DNA of 61,962 nucleotides, the filler included, from Choristocarpus tenellus KU-1152 (Eukaryota > Protista > Phaeophyceae): assembly GCA_964200185.2 (NCBI GenBank). It is 11 parts of 11 records of this genome, joined end to end, with 100 filler letters (N's around TTAATTAATTAA, not from the genome) between each part and the next. Parts side by side here need not be neighbours in the genome. Positions count along the whole stretch, not along the records: positions 11,998 to 15,139 come from CAXNAD020022021.1; positions 15,240 to 18,413 come from CAXNAD020021781.1; positions 18,514 to 21,149 come from CAXNAD020026076.1; positions 21,250 to 25,979 come from CAXNAD020013303.1; 7 more parts are not named here. The stretch is one strand, 5' to 3'. The first letter of the stretch is position 1. Each line of letters starts with the position of its first letter. This document shows, piece by piece, positions 11,998-23,117 of the stretch. The notes under the pieces are model-generated. The model was not told the origin of the DNA and did not search any database. It worked only from the letters and a program-made list of their open reading frames with translations. The translations under genes were made by a program, and so were the position numbers.

Positions 11998-14900
11998 GTG
12001 GAGGGTGCGGGATGGAGCTGGAGAATTTGGTAGGAGCATAAAGTTCCAACGCATGCTAACAGAGCGAGGCGTCAAATGGCGTAAGAGCCCCCCACACACC
12101 CGATATAAGCTATAGGAAGCTGAAACGGGCAATAATATCATCATTGTCGTCCCAACAACTTGGACCTGCACCTTCGACACAAATGGGAAGTTGGAGGCTA
12201 AGCAGACATGGGATATGGTACAATCAGTAACTAAACCTCCACCAGAAAGAAAGGAGGAGTTAACTTCGGGGAGCCTGGGAGCACTCTAGCCGCTGGGACC
12301 ATAAACTCGCGGAAGAGAAAACAGAAGGTCAGCGGAGGAGGCGGACAAGGTACCACTGGTCAACGTACGGACCATATCACAACAGGATCCCCTGCCAAAG
12401 ACAAGATCAGGACCAAGAGAAGGAGCTTAAACTGTGAACTGATTAAGCATATTGGCCCTTGGTTCTTTCGAAGGAATATGCTACAATGGAGGTAAAGGAG
12501 ACCTTCAGATCATTTGTCACCAGAGGAGAGCGACACCGTCTAAAGAGGCAGAAGAATTAACTCGACCAGGTACCCAGAGCACATCCTGGAGCAACAATGG
12601 ATGAAAGGAACATTTATAGAGGGAGAGGTTTTGACATGGGGAAGAAATCCTGTCAAGACTAAATCTTAATTTAAGACAAAGCCAACAGCTGAGGGGACCA
12701 CTGAACAGTTCAAGGCCAGGTTGGTGGCACAGGACTTCACTCAACAAGAGGATGTACAAGACATTCAACAAAAGAAACAATGGACAATGGGGCCTGGTCA
12801 GGTATGGAGACTCAGACTGGGGGCAATGACACTACATCAAGGCGGGGCACGACAGGGCATCATTATGCTGGAACGTGTAGGAAGACAAGCTGGTGACCTC
12901 AGCACAGGTGACTTTCCAGCCTGAAGCCAAACTGCTGGAGCTAGTGGTGGAGCCAGAGCTGGACATACTGGAGGAATCAGAATTTGATGAAGACATAAAT
13001 TTGGATATACAAAACGTAGAAGAGGCTTCCACAACAGGGAGTGAGGCAGACATGGTTGGGGGTGAGAACCCAAATATTGGACGTGGGACTCCAAATGCAA
13101 AGCGCCCAGCTTCCCCACACAGTCAAGAAATTCCCAGGATGGGACAACGCCAACGCATGGATAGGGCTGCACAAATGGTAACCAAACGCTTGGCCCCACA
13201 CTCTGAGAGGCGGAAATCTGCCAGGCTGGAGCAGCGCCGGCGGATGGCCCACACATGCCAAATGTGTGCCCAGGAAGAGGATGAGGAAATGGAAATGAAC
13301 CACTTCGTATCAACCCTTATGCAGCAGAACAACGAAGAAGTGTACTGCCTTATGGGTCTCATGGGGGAAGTAACAGCAGGTCCAGAAGAACCATCTACAA
13401 CCAAGGAGGCCTTGAATGGGCCAGATGCAGATCAATGGCAGGAAGCCATGGAAAAGGAAATGGCAGGACTTTGGCAGAAGGGGACATTTAGTGACAAAGC
13501 CCTACCCCAAGGAAGGAAGGCAATCAAGACACGATTTGTTTTCAAAATCAAGTACTCTGCAGACGGGACAGTAGAACGATATAAGGCAAGACTCGTGGCA
13601 CGTGGGTTTACCCAAAATGCAGGAGTAGATTTCTTTGAAACCTTCAGCCCAGTAGTGGGATACGACACACTACGATGCGTCATATCAGTCGCAGCGTATA
13701 AAGGTTGGAGCATAGAAGCCCTAGATTTCACACAGGCCTACCTCAACGCAGATCTGCAGGAGGACATCTGGCTGGAGCTTCCAGACAACTGCATCGTCAA
13801 GGCTGAGAAAGCAATCTATGGGCTGAAGCAGTCAGCCATGGAATGGTTTCATGAATTAAGGGGCACTATTCTCGCAGAAGGATGGACAAGTAGTCAACAC
13901 GACGAGTGTCTCTACTTCAAGAAGAGTGAAGACTGACGCATTGCGATCCTCACTACCTACGTGGACGACACTGCCACCGCTGGAACTTCACAGAAGAGAT
14001 CCAAAGGATGAGGTCATCACTACTATAAAAGTACGAAAGACGAGACCTAGGTATGCCAGACAAGCTGATTGGAGTGAGCATCACTGTGGGTGAAGATGGC
14101 GTCACTCTGGACCAACAACTATATGCAGAAAGTATTATCGTGGCCGGGATGGGCTCTATGGAAGTACGAGAAAGATTTACACCACTGGACCCTGGCATGG
14201 ACCTCTCTGCCAGACAAGATCATGAAGAGGAACTAGATCCCATCATATACCCCTGTACCAGTATTCTTGGGAAACTCATGTTCTTAGCAGGCATGACTCG
14301 ACCAGACCTGGCTAATAGTGTTCGTGAACTAGAGGGTAGAGCAGCATCTCCATGCATGCGACACTGGCGCGGATTACAGCACGTTCTGCGCTACGTAGCA
14401 GGGACATTGGATAGCTGCATTCACTATGATCGAGGGAACAAAGATATGAACGAGAGAGAAGAAGAACTCCTGGTTGGGTATGAAGATTCTGACTGGGGCA
14501 CAGACCAACAAACATGCAGGAGTGATACAGGGTTCATAATCCTGCTCAACGGATCACCGATCGCCTGGCGCTCTAAGCTTCAAGGTGGTGTCAACCTCTC
14601 CAGCTCGGAGGCAGAGTGGACGGCAATGCATACGGCATGCGTCACTGCATTTTCCTTCAAGGCATTCTGGGGGAGATTGGCATATTACAGAAACAGATTC
14701 CCTGGTTCTGTGATAATCGTGGTGCTATTCAAGCGAGCAGCATCACAGGATTCAATGGAAGGACCAAACATGTGGACATGAAATTAAAATGTACAAGAGA
14801 GTATGTAAATCAAGGAATATTTCATATAGAATATGTTCCAACGTCAAGACAATTAGCTCACATTTTGACTAAGTCTTTGCGTAAGAGTCTTACTTCTGAT

Positions 14901-15139
14901 TTTGTACATTCTGTACTTTCACGTCTAGTGTGAGCCTTTGTCAGCAACTTTGCTGCACGCTCATGGGGGAGTGTGCAATATAGACTAGTTATCTATATGA
15001 TTTATAGTATAAAAGTGAATGAAGTAATTTAACTTGAACTTATAAGTGACTGACGTAGTGTAACTGTCACAAACATGTTTAAACATATGTCTGACGTGTT
15101 TGATGACGAATGAATTAGATAACAAGGGAGAGCACCACC
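11998..15139 (+). mobile_element. Degenerate Ty1/copia LTR retrotransposon (integrase fragment, RT, RNase H, PPT, start of 3' LTR)
   Basis: Integrase remnant DGAGEFGRS..GVKWRKSPPHTP at about 12000-12100. RT with YKARLVARGF, DFTQAYLNA, KAIYGLKQS, a stop at 13934 and YVDD at about 13958. RNase H with DSDWG, SSSEAEW, CDN, RTKHVD. PPT GGGGGAG followed by TG at 14972. Confidence 0.93.
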
Positions 15140-15361
15140 NNNNNNNNNNNNNNNNNNNNNNNNNNNNNNNNNNNNNNNNNNNNTTAATTAATTAANNNNN
15201 NNNNNNNNNNNNNNNNNNNNNNNNNNNNNNNNNNNNNNNCTGTTACGAATGTTCGTATTTCCTGAAACATAATAAGAAAATGTTCGCGCTATTCGCGTGT
15301 AACAAACGCTTGCACTTCGTTGAAATACAAGAAGAAACTCTTGCGCTATTCGCCTGTAACA

Positions 15362-15470
15362 GATATTGACACTTCCTAACAAACACAATAGTCAAAATTA
15401 CATCAAAATTGTCGAATTGGATTTTGGACCCCGAATGGACGCAGCTCTACCCTCTAAGATACTTTGGCTC
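15362..15470. mobile_element. MITE family A right end (partial)
   Basis: ATATTGACACTTCCTAACAAAC ... CCCTCTAAGATACTTTGGCTC. Confidence 0.85.
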
Positions 15471-16429
15471 ATGGGAGAAGCAAAGCAGAAACAGAGTCAA
15501 CTACTACAACACAACACTAAAAGTTATTCGGTAGAATTATTCAAACACTACACAGCCTCTTGTACTACATTGATGATAATATAAAAGAAAAGAGAGGGGA
15601 AAGACTCTTCTTCTTGTGGTTAAGGACAACCTGTGGGAACGTTATGGGATATGCGCAAGAAATTGACTCAGGGGAAAGGTGACGTCATAACCATGACGTA
15701 GATCCACGTGAAACAGTGGGTGGAACGACCAACAGTGTCGATGAAAGGGTCAATATAGAGTAGGTGGAAACGCTGGTACAGAGAGAGATGCCAATCTCAT
15801 CACTCCCCCTCCCTAATGTAGTTTGACTGTAAGGGGGTGTAAGTGGTCATCGATACAATCAAGACATACTCTAAAATGAATTGCAGATGAAGATCAAGTT
15901 CAGCGACCCCTACATCAACAACACATGTAAGGATGAAGAAAGACCACACCACAAGTTCGGCATTGGAATTTACCTTCGCTCGATCAGATCATCTGGCCTC
16001 AACTCAAAATGATTTCACGAACACCCAACCCTATGCACCTACTAAATTACATGACACTTGCGAATAGTACACTAAATTATGTTCCTTTGACTCTGTAGAG
16101 TTCATCAGCTATCTCGATTCAAACTTGAAAACCACAACACCAATCCTTCGGATTCCACCTTCAACCCCCCCACCTTCCTTCATTGCCTGTTTTTTGTGTT
16201 GGTGTCAAATTTTATAACCCCCCTTCAGAGATTACGTGATTACTTTCATATGGGCCAACCGTCAACCATCTCTAATTTATATTTTTGTCTAACAGTTAAG
16301 ATATATCAAGAGTGGTTGGTGCGAGACAAGATAGTACTCAAAATACATAAATAATGCTGTTACAGCAACCCTTTTATTGTAAGCCAAATTAGAGATGTAT
16401 TCCTTGTATCTTTTGAACCGTAACCTTAG

Positions 16430-16930
16430 AAGGAACAAGTGTGCGTTCTGATCAGGGTTGATGCAAATTGAGTGTGATTGTATCCTGTGAAGTTTAGGAG
16501 GGATGTTCCCAAGGAAAACAAGATACGCATGGATCACACTTGGGATAGGGATGATCGGAACTGGAGACCCATTATTTGTAGGCCATGTCATAGGTGTATC
16601 CTTTGTGAAGTTTGAACCAGACGTCCAAGAGGATCAAGTATACACTCAGATTAGCCCAGAGGCAATTTGACTGAGATTGCCTCCTGTGACATGGTGGACA
16701 GACGTTTTCAAAGGGAACATGGATATAACTTAATCACATTTGTGGTTAGGGAGATCAGAACTGGAGACTCATTTATTGTAGACCATGTCGCAGATGTACG
16801 CTTTGTAAATTTTGAAGGTGCGGTTCAGAAGGAACAAGTGTATCTCGGATTAGGCCAGATGGAAACTGAATCTGATGGTATTCTGCGACCCTTAGCACAG
16901 ATTCTCCCAAGGAAATCAAGAATATTTGTT
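16430..16930. repeat. Degenerate ~200-bp tandem repeat (2.5 units)
   Basis: AGGA(A/T)CAAGT at about 16431, 16630 and 16830; ACTGGAGAC..GTAG(G/A)CCATGTC..CTTTGT at about 16560 and 16760. Confidence 0.65.
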
Positions 16931-17399
16931 TTTCTGTTTTGGGTCCCGTCGGAGTTATATATTTTTTAATATGAAAGTGTATACTCTGATTTGATCAAGC
17001 ATGTATTGATTCTGACTGTGTCTTTGGCTTCAGGAGAATCATTCCCAGAAGAAACAAGGAGAAATGTCTATCATTGTTGGAAACAACCGGTTAATTTGGA
17101 ACTGGAACCCTGTGTCCGAAACATTTGGTTATGTTTAAACTGGAGTCCCTGTGAAACCCATTTGAAGTCCCTCTATTGGAAGAACTGGGAAATTTGGAAC
17201 TGGAGTCCCTCTGTCATCCAAATGGCAACCAGTACATTTTGCTGCAGCACGATTGAGGTGATAGACGACATCTATTGTCTTAACACATGACAATTGCCTG
17301 TGGTAATTTCTTACCAAAGAAAGAAACAATGTATATCATGTCTTACTTTTTCACACAAGAAATGGAAGGCAAACAGATGTTATACAAATCGTATCAACT

Positions 17400-18413
17400 C
17401 GGCCACCTTCAAAAGAACGATAACTTCCAAGATCAATTAGTGGTACCCACTGAGATAAAAGGCTCAATACTTCATGCCCTTCATGATCATAATAAGGTCT
17501 CAGGACACCTTGCATTCAAGCATACTATTGACCGAATTCGTGACCGTTTTTGGTGGCCCACTTCACATAAAGATGTTCGAGCTTAGTTTGAAACATGTCA
17601 ATCATGCCAAAGCCGCAAGATAACCCCTTCGAAACCATCAAACCCTCCAGGGCATATGCCAGTAACACGCCCATTTCGGAGAGTGGCAATTGATTTGGTA
17701 AAGTACAAGACTCAATCAGAGAAAAATACTTATGTCTTGTCTGCTGTCGATCATTTTATGAGGTTTGCTTTGCTCAGTGCTATTCATGACAAACGAGAGG
17801 CAACTGTAGCAAAAGCATTAACAGAACAAGTGCTTTCTATGTTTGGCGCCACAAAAACATTACACTCAGACGAGGGTAAGTTTTTTTAATATATACTGAT
17901 CCTAGAACTTCAAAAGATCTAAGAATACAAGAAAACAAACATAACACCGTATCGACCTCAAGGTAATGGCATTCTTGAAATAATTCATAGCACAATGCAT
18001 GGCATGCTAGCTATGTATTCCAATATGAAGCAATCGGATTGGGCGTCATTATTGCCTTTTGTGCAACTGACTCACACTACCGCTAATAATACCACTGTAC
18101 AAGAAACGCCCTTTTATTTAATGTTTGGGAGACGTCCCACATTACCAATCGATATCATTTTGGGAGAACCAGACGCCATGCCTATTTCTAACCTGGAGTA
18201 CAGTAAACAAACAGTGGATAATTTACGACTGGCATAAGAACTGACTAGACAGAATATTGGTGAGATGGTTTTGCGCAGCGAGTCAAAGACCACTGAACAC
18301 ACCATTCCTATTTACGAAGTTGCTGCTAAGGTGTGGCTACACAAACCCCACACTTCGGCAGACGCTCCTTGTCGAATAACCTAGTGTTATCCTTACGTTG
18401 TTTGTGCTGACAC
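17400..18413 (+). mobile_element. Degenerate Ty3/gypsy integrase region
   Basis: H2C2 zinc finger (HDH..SGHL..RFWWP..CQSC), core PFRRVAIDL..VDHFMRF..LHSDEG..PYRPQGNG, and WASLLP..ETPFYLMFGR; multiple stops. Confidence 0.9.
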
Positions 18414-18513
18414 NNNNNNNNNNNNNNNNNNNNNNNNNNNNNNNNNNNNNNNNNNNNTTAATTAATTAANNNNNNNNNNNNNNNNNNNNNNNNNNNNNNN
18501 NNNNNNNNNNNNN

Positions 18514-18689
18514 GTCAAAGTTTCTGGGGGGGGGTGTCGGCGTCCGTTTTTCACCCTTTTTTCGATTTTTGCTTTTTTGGTGTGATCTGGTCGCACGTGT
18601 CGGATTTAAAATGTCAGTAAAAAAAAAAGTTGTTTGACCGAAACGGACGCCCATCACAAACCACCACCCCCCCCCAGATACTTTGACCC
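18514..18689. mobile_element. MITE family B copy
   Basis: GTCAAAGTTTCTGGGGGG ... CCCCCCAGATACTTTGACCC terminal inverted repeats. Confidence 0.8.
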
Positions 18690-18739
18690 AGTTCAACACT
18701 GACCCTCCCATCTCCAGGGGTCTTGTTGTCATGAAAGGA

Positions 18740-19600
18740 GCGCGAAAACAGTCAGGTCAAAATGAGGATGAGCAACAAGGTGAAGGGTAACACTGGGGCA
18801 GCGCCAGTAGTGGTGTATGGTCTCATGCTGACGATGTCGACGTCGTCCATAACAAGACCCAAGGAAGATTATAGCCAGGATAATAGCAGTGATTGTGGAG
18901 ATGACCAGTTCCTTTGGACTAACCGTGTTGGAGTTGAAGACAGAGCAATCTGACAACGGGGTTCACCTTAGAGGAACCAACAGTGATGAAGCTGGCATTA
19001 CCGCCGAGATCAGTCAGTGGATTCAAAACGTCTGGGATTGTTTCCGTGAGAACCGCACGAGTGTATCGCTCGAGCTTGCATACCCAAATGCTCAAGGCTG
19101 AGGTACTTGAGGTGCTGTTAGATGGTTGTGTGAGTAGGTGGTTATGTGACATATACACTCTCCCCCAAGTCTTTTCTATTAACCTTCGATCTCACCTTCA
19201 TAATTCCTCCTATGCTGCATCAGATTTCGTAAATGTGAGCACACCAATAACAAAATGTCCTAACAAATAGGCCCTCCTGAAGATTGAGTATCACAGTATC
19301 GACCTGACTGTTCAACAAGAAGTCAGTTGAACGCGTGGGGATGGTCGACTCCCAAAGGTATTGATATTTGAGGAAATTGCAAGATGGAAGCTGAAGAGAG
19401 GTGGACAGGAGAAGAATTGCTCAGTGTGCCTGCAGATGACTTTGAGATATTTAAGATTACCGTTTGAAAGGAATGGAGTACAAGTACAACAAACTAACAG
19501 ACATGGTACGAGTCTATGATTGGCAGCACAAAGACCTTTGTTGACAAGCGACATGCCAGGGAAGCTATGATAGCACACTTTACATTGTGCTAAGATTGCA
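18740..19600 (+). mobile_element. Degenerate non-LTR retrotransposon (RTE-like LINE) RT C-terminal fragment
   Basis: HADD (YADD-like) at about 18824, IVEMTSSFGLTV..KTE, MLKAEVLEVLLDGC; many frameshifts. Confidence 0.7.
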
Positions 19601-21060
19601 ACTACGGCAGCCCGAGCAGGTCAAGGCACATATGGGCACTCACCTCTGCCCTCTTGAATACCGCTTTTCTCGTTGTCTCTTTTTTGGTTGATATTTCTTC
19701 TGTCCCTCTTTTCTTTTTGTGTAATTTTATGGAAATGCGATTAGTGTTATTCGGATTGGATGGTCTAGGGCTTTTCACCAGAACTGGTAAACGTGACGGG
19801 ATAGAAAAATATGCTCAACGGGACCAGTACAGGGTCACCATTGTCTTTCCCAGGCCAGTCCAGTTGTCAGCCTTGGATAAAGTATTTTTTAGCAGGGGCA
19901 GTCCAGGACTGTGAGGGATTTGAATTGGACTGGAACGTCCAACTTGCATGTTTGACCAAGGTTTGACTGTATTAGTCAATTTCTGGGTGTCTCAAGGAAT
20001 GTGCCCCGTTGTTATTTGTGATGTAAGGCAACATACTTGAACATGCTATGCCTGAGCTATTTTTATGCGAATGGCTTCCAGTGTATTAGTAATAATAGTA
20101 GAACACATTGATTTTCTTGTGCACATATTGCTAACACTACGTTGCATGCAGAACCTCTTTGCCAACCAGGGCTGCGAACGTACACATTCAACCCTCCTGA
20201 TTCCACCCCTTCATTGACTCGCACCGAGGAGCGGTCAATATAAATTATGATCTTGCCGTTAGAGATTGCCTATCTCAATACAGGTCGTGCATGAGCATCC
20301 TGCATTTAACTTTGCCTGCTTCACGATCTGCACATACATACATCTTGCATGCATTTCGTTATACGCAGATCTAGGGCTTCAAATAAGAGTGTTCAACCCT
20401 CCCCATACCACACCCACCCTTGTTGTCTTGTTGAGTCCGTAGCGAACTCACATGCCCATCAACCTCTCTTGGATACATCTTGTTGTGGGTAGTAGCTAAA
20501 TTTGCTAACACTCTCGTTCAACCATTCCCATAGCCTATCCAAATTTGTTGACTTAATGACCCACTGACCAAGACGACTTAATCCCCATCCGTTCCCTGCT
20601 GGACTTCTGCTAGTTCACATGTTGCCCTTCTCACAGCCATTTGATGTCCAATTCATAGGACATAGCAGCATTTCAATACCGACCCATGCCTCGGATTTGA
20701 AGGGGTGTCAGCCAAGCTACAGCGGATGCCAGTCCTTTATGTGATGACGTCGAGCCTGCATGGGTAACGGCAACATAAACTGAATGAGGAAATAAGTATA
20801 TTTCCGTACTAACAGTAGCAAGCAGACGCCAATCACGCCCTCACCAGGCTTGAGGGTCCTTTGCAATCACCAAGGTGGCTATTGGTCGTAGAAAATGAGT
20901 ATTGACAAAGAAGCAAGCTATCTGACCAAAATACACTCAGTCTTGCCTATATGTAAGCCTCCGTTGAAGCACTTGGCAATGTGGAACATGCCTGCATTAA
21001 GGCTATTAGGTGGTTTCAACAGAACGATATCTAATGAAGTCGTAGTTGATGAAATTCTGT

Positions 21061-21149
21061 GGCTCAAAGTATCTGGAGGGGGCGGCGGCTGTCCATTCGC
21101 GGTCCATTGTTCCATGTCGTAATGACCCAAAGTATCTGGGAGGGGGGGG
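21061..21149. mobile_element. MITE family B left end(s) at contig end
   Basis: GGCTCAAAGTATCTGGAGGGG.. followed by a second CAAAGTATCTGGGAGGG. Confidence 0.75.
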
Positions 21150-21249
21150 NNNNNNNNNNNNNNNNNNNNNNNNNNNNNNNNNNNNNNNNNNNNTTAATTA
21201 ATTAANNNNNNNNNNNNNNNNNNNNNNNNNNNNNNNNNNNNNNNNNNNN

Positions 21250-21698
21250 CCGGACCCCACCCTTGCCCCTCTCCCCTCGTAGGACGTATCCCCATCCAGC
21301 AGAGTATCTCGGTAGCTGCTGTCTGGGGGCCGCAAATCTGATGGTATGCGAGTATTACACATCTCACACGACGTGGCATCAGGTTTGTTCTCAAACGTGC
21401 AGGCTCTGCAAGCACAGGGGCGAGATTCTTCGCTCACCTCATCCCTCAATACTCCTTCAATGGTGTGTTCTCTCCTTAGTCCACATAACTCCCCTTCATC
21501 TGCGGTGTGGAACCTTTCCTGTCTCCCTGGACCAAACTCCACCACACGCCATGAGCTTGGTGAGAGTTCTTGGGCATTGCTATTGTAGGCGCGTCTGACC
21601 TGATCGTCAGGTTGCGACTCAGCAGGAGAATCTGCGTGCATATTACGATTTCCTCCGTTACACCTCGACTGGTGTGTCAACTGGTTGTTGATCGGGAC
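21250..21698 (-). CDS. Exon with RanBP2-type zinc finger (possibly a UBX-domain adaptor); truncated by contig end
   Basis: CRACTFENKPDATSCEMC, then LRPPDSSYRDTLL; CAG acceptor at 21699-21701. Confidence 0.65.
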
Positions 21699-22643
21699 CT
21701 GCATGGCACGGACAGAAAGGTTTCCAATGTTACGTGCGCTAAAAACAAATTTTGAGCAAAAAAGGTCTAGGGTACCACAAAAGTAACTAGGAAAACGGAT
21801 CACGAGGACAAGCCATAATATCGGGAGGGAACATGTAAGAGAGGAGAAAGAAATGTTTCGGAAAAGGGTAGAGAGAATTCACCTCGTGCCAGCAGTTAGG
21901 ACAAACCCAAAACTCAGCCTCCATGTCCCCCTCTCTGTCTCTTCCAAATTCAGCAAAAACCTTTGATATAATAACTGATTTGGAAACAGGGCATGCGTTG
22001 AAATTGAAAAGTCAAGCCCTATCCCAATGTGGCATAAGTTCCGAGAACTTGCTCCTTGGTTCGAGTTATTGCAGATGTGAGTGAGATGGCACACAATATC
22101 AAAAACTAGTATGATACCACCAACCTGATTAGACTCACAGTCCCTTGTATACCTTAATTTGTCGTTCTGGAAGGTGTACTTTCCATATGATGTTCGTGTG
22201 TAGATCCGAAGATTTTTATAATTGTTTTTTGTAATATGGTACATAAAAACTTCCTAATTCCTACGTCAATCATCACTACAAACAAACAAAACAACAAAAC
22301 TGGAAAAAGATCAGTTTTATGTATTATTTTTTAGTGATATGGGTAGATGTGGTTTGTATTTGGAAATAATATTATAAATAATTTGCCGGTTGCGGGTACA
22401 ATTTTCTGTAACGTGTGACAAATATAGGTCATCAAGGTCAGTTGGAGAGGTTTGGAGGTGAGGGTAGTATTCTGGTTCTTTGAGAAAAGTAGAGTTCTGG
22501 AACCAAACCAACTATAGCATTTACCCACACACCTCTCACTTCTGATCACCGTTATCTGTTTCCGACTTAGGAGGACACAACAGTTGGCGAAGTAGCGCAC
22601 GGGAACTGAACTTTTTCTCTCGCAGCCAGAACTCATCGAAGAC

Positions 22644-23117
22644 ATGGCTTCTACAGAGGGGCATACCCATGCTGACAACTTGACTGTGTCGAAGTTCGAC
22701 CAGAGTTCGGACCCTATCCCCAAAGTGGTTCCACCCCGCGGGTCCAAGGATGCGCGGTCATTCCGACCGTCCACCCTTGCCGAGGTGAATGTCATGAGCA
22801 ACTACGAACCGTTAACTCTACAATGCGGCAGTAGGTCGATCCCCATCGGCTGTGGTAACAACGTGGAGGATCTTCTTCTCATCTCTTCTTGCTTGATGGC
22901 TCTGTGGTGCTTTCTGCTCGGCATCTTTGGGCTCATGCTAAAGTCCGCTGTTGATTCGACTGACAGTCACACAGCCCTTTGGGTCTACTTCTGGCTGTTC
23001 ATCGCTTTCATCTTGATGACAGGGGGCATGATCGCCACAGGTCAGGTGGAGCGTGCCCGTGCCGAGAAGGAGGCTGAAGTGATCGCCGAGGGATCGACGG
23101 ACAACCTACTTGTTTAA
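22644..23117 (+). CDS. Small hypothetical membrane protein (157 aa, two TM helices)
   Basis: Clean ATG-TAA single-exon ORF, GC3-rich, with two hydrophobic stretches (LLLISSC...IFGLML; ALWVYFW...GGMIA). Confidence 0.6.
   Translation: MASTEGHTHADNLTVSKFDQSSDPIPKVVPPRGSKDARSFRPSTLAEVNVMSNYEPLTLQCGSRSIPIGCGNNVEDLLLISSCLMALWCFLLGIFGLMLKSAVDSTDSHTALWVYFWLFIAFILMTGGMIATGQVERARAEKEAEVIAEGSTDNLLV

Noticed and set aside
15632-15780. Possible 5' LTR and PBS of the gypsy element
   Set aside because: TG start and a GGTGGAAACG segment are suggestive, but there is no second LTR in the contig to confirm.
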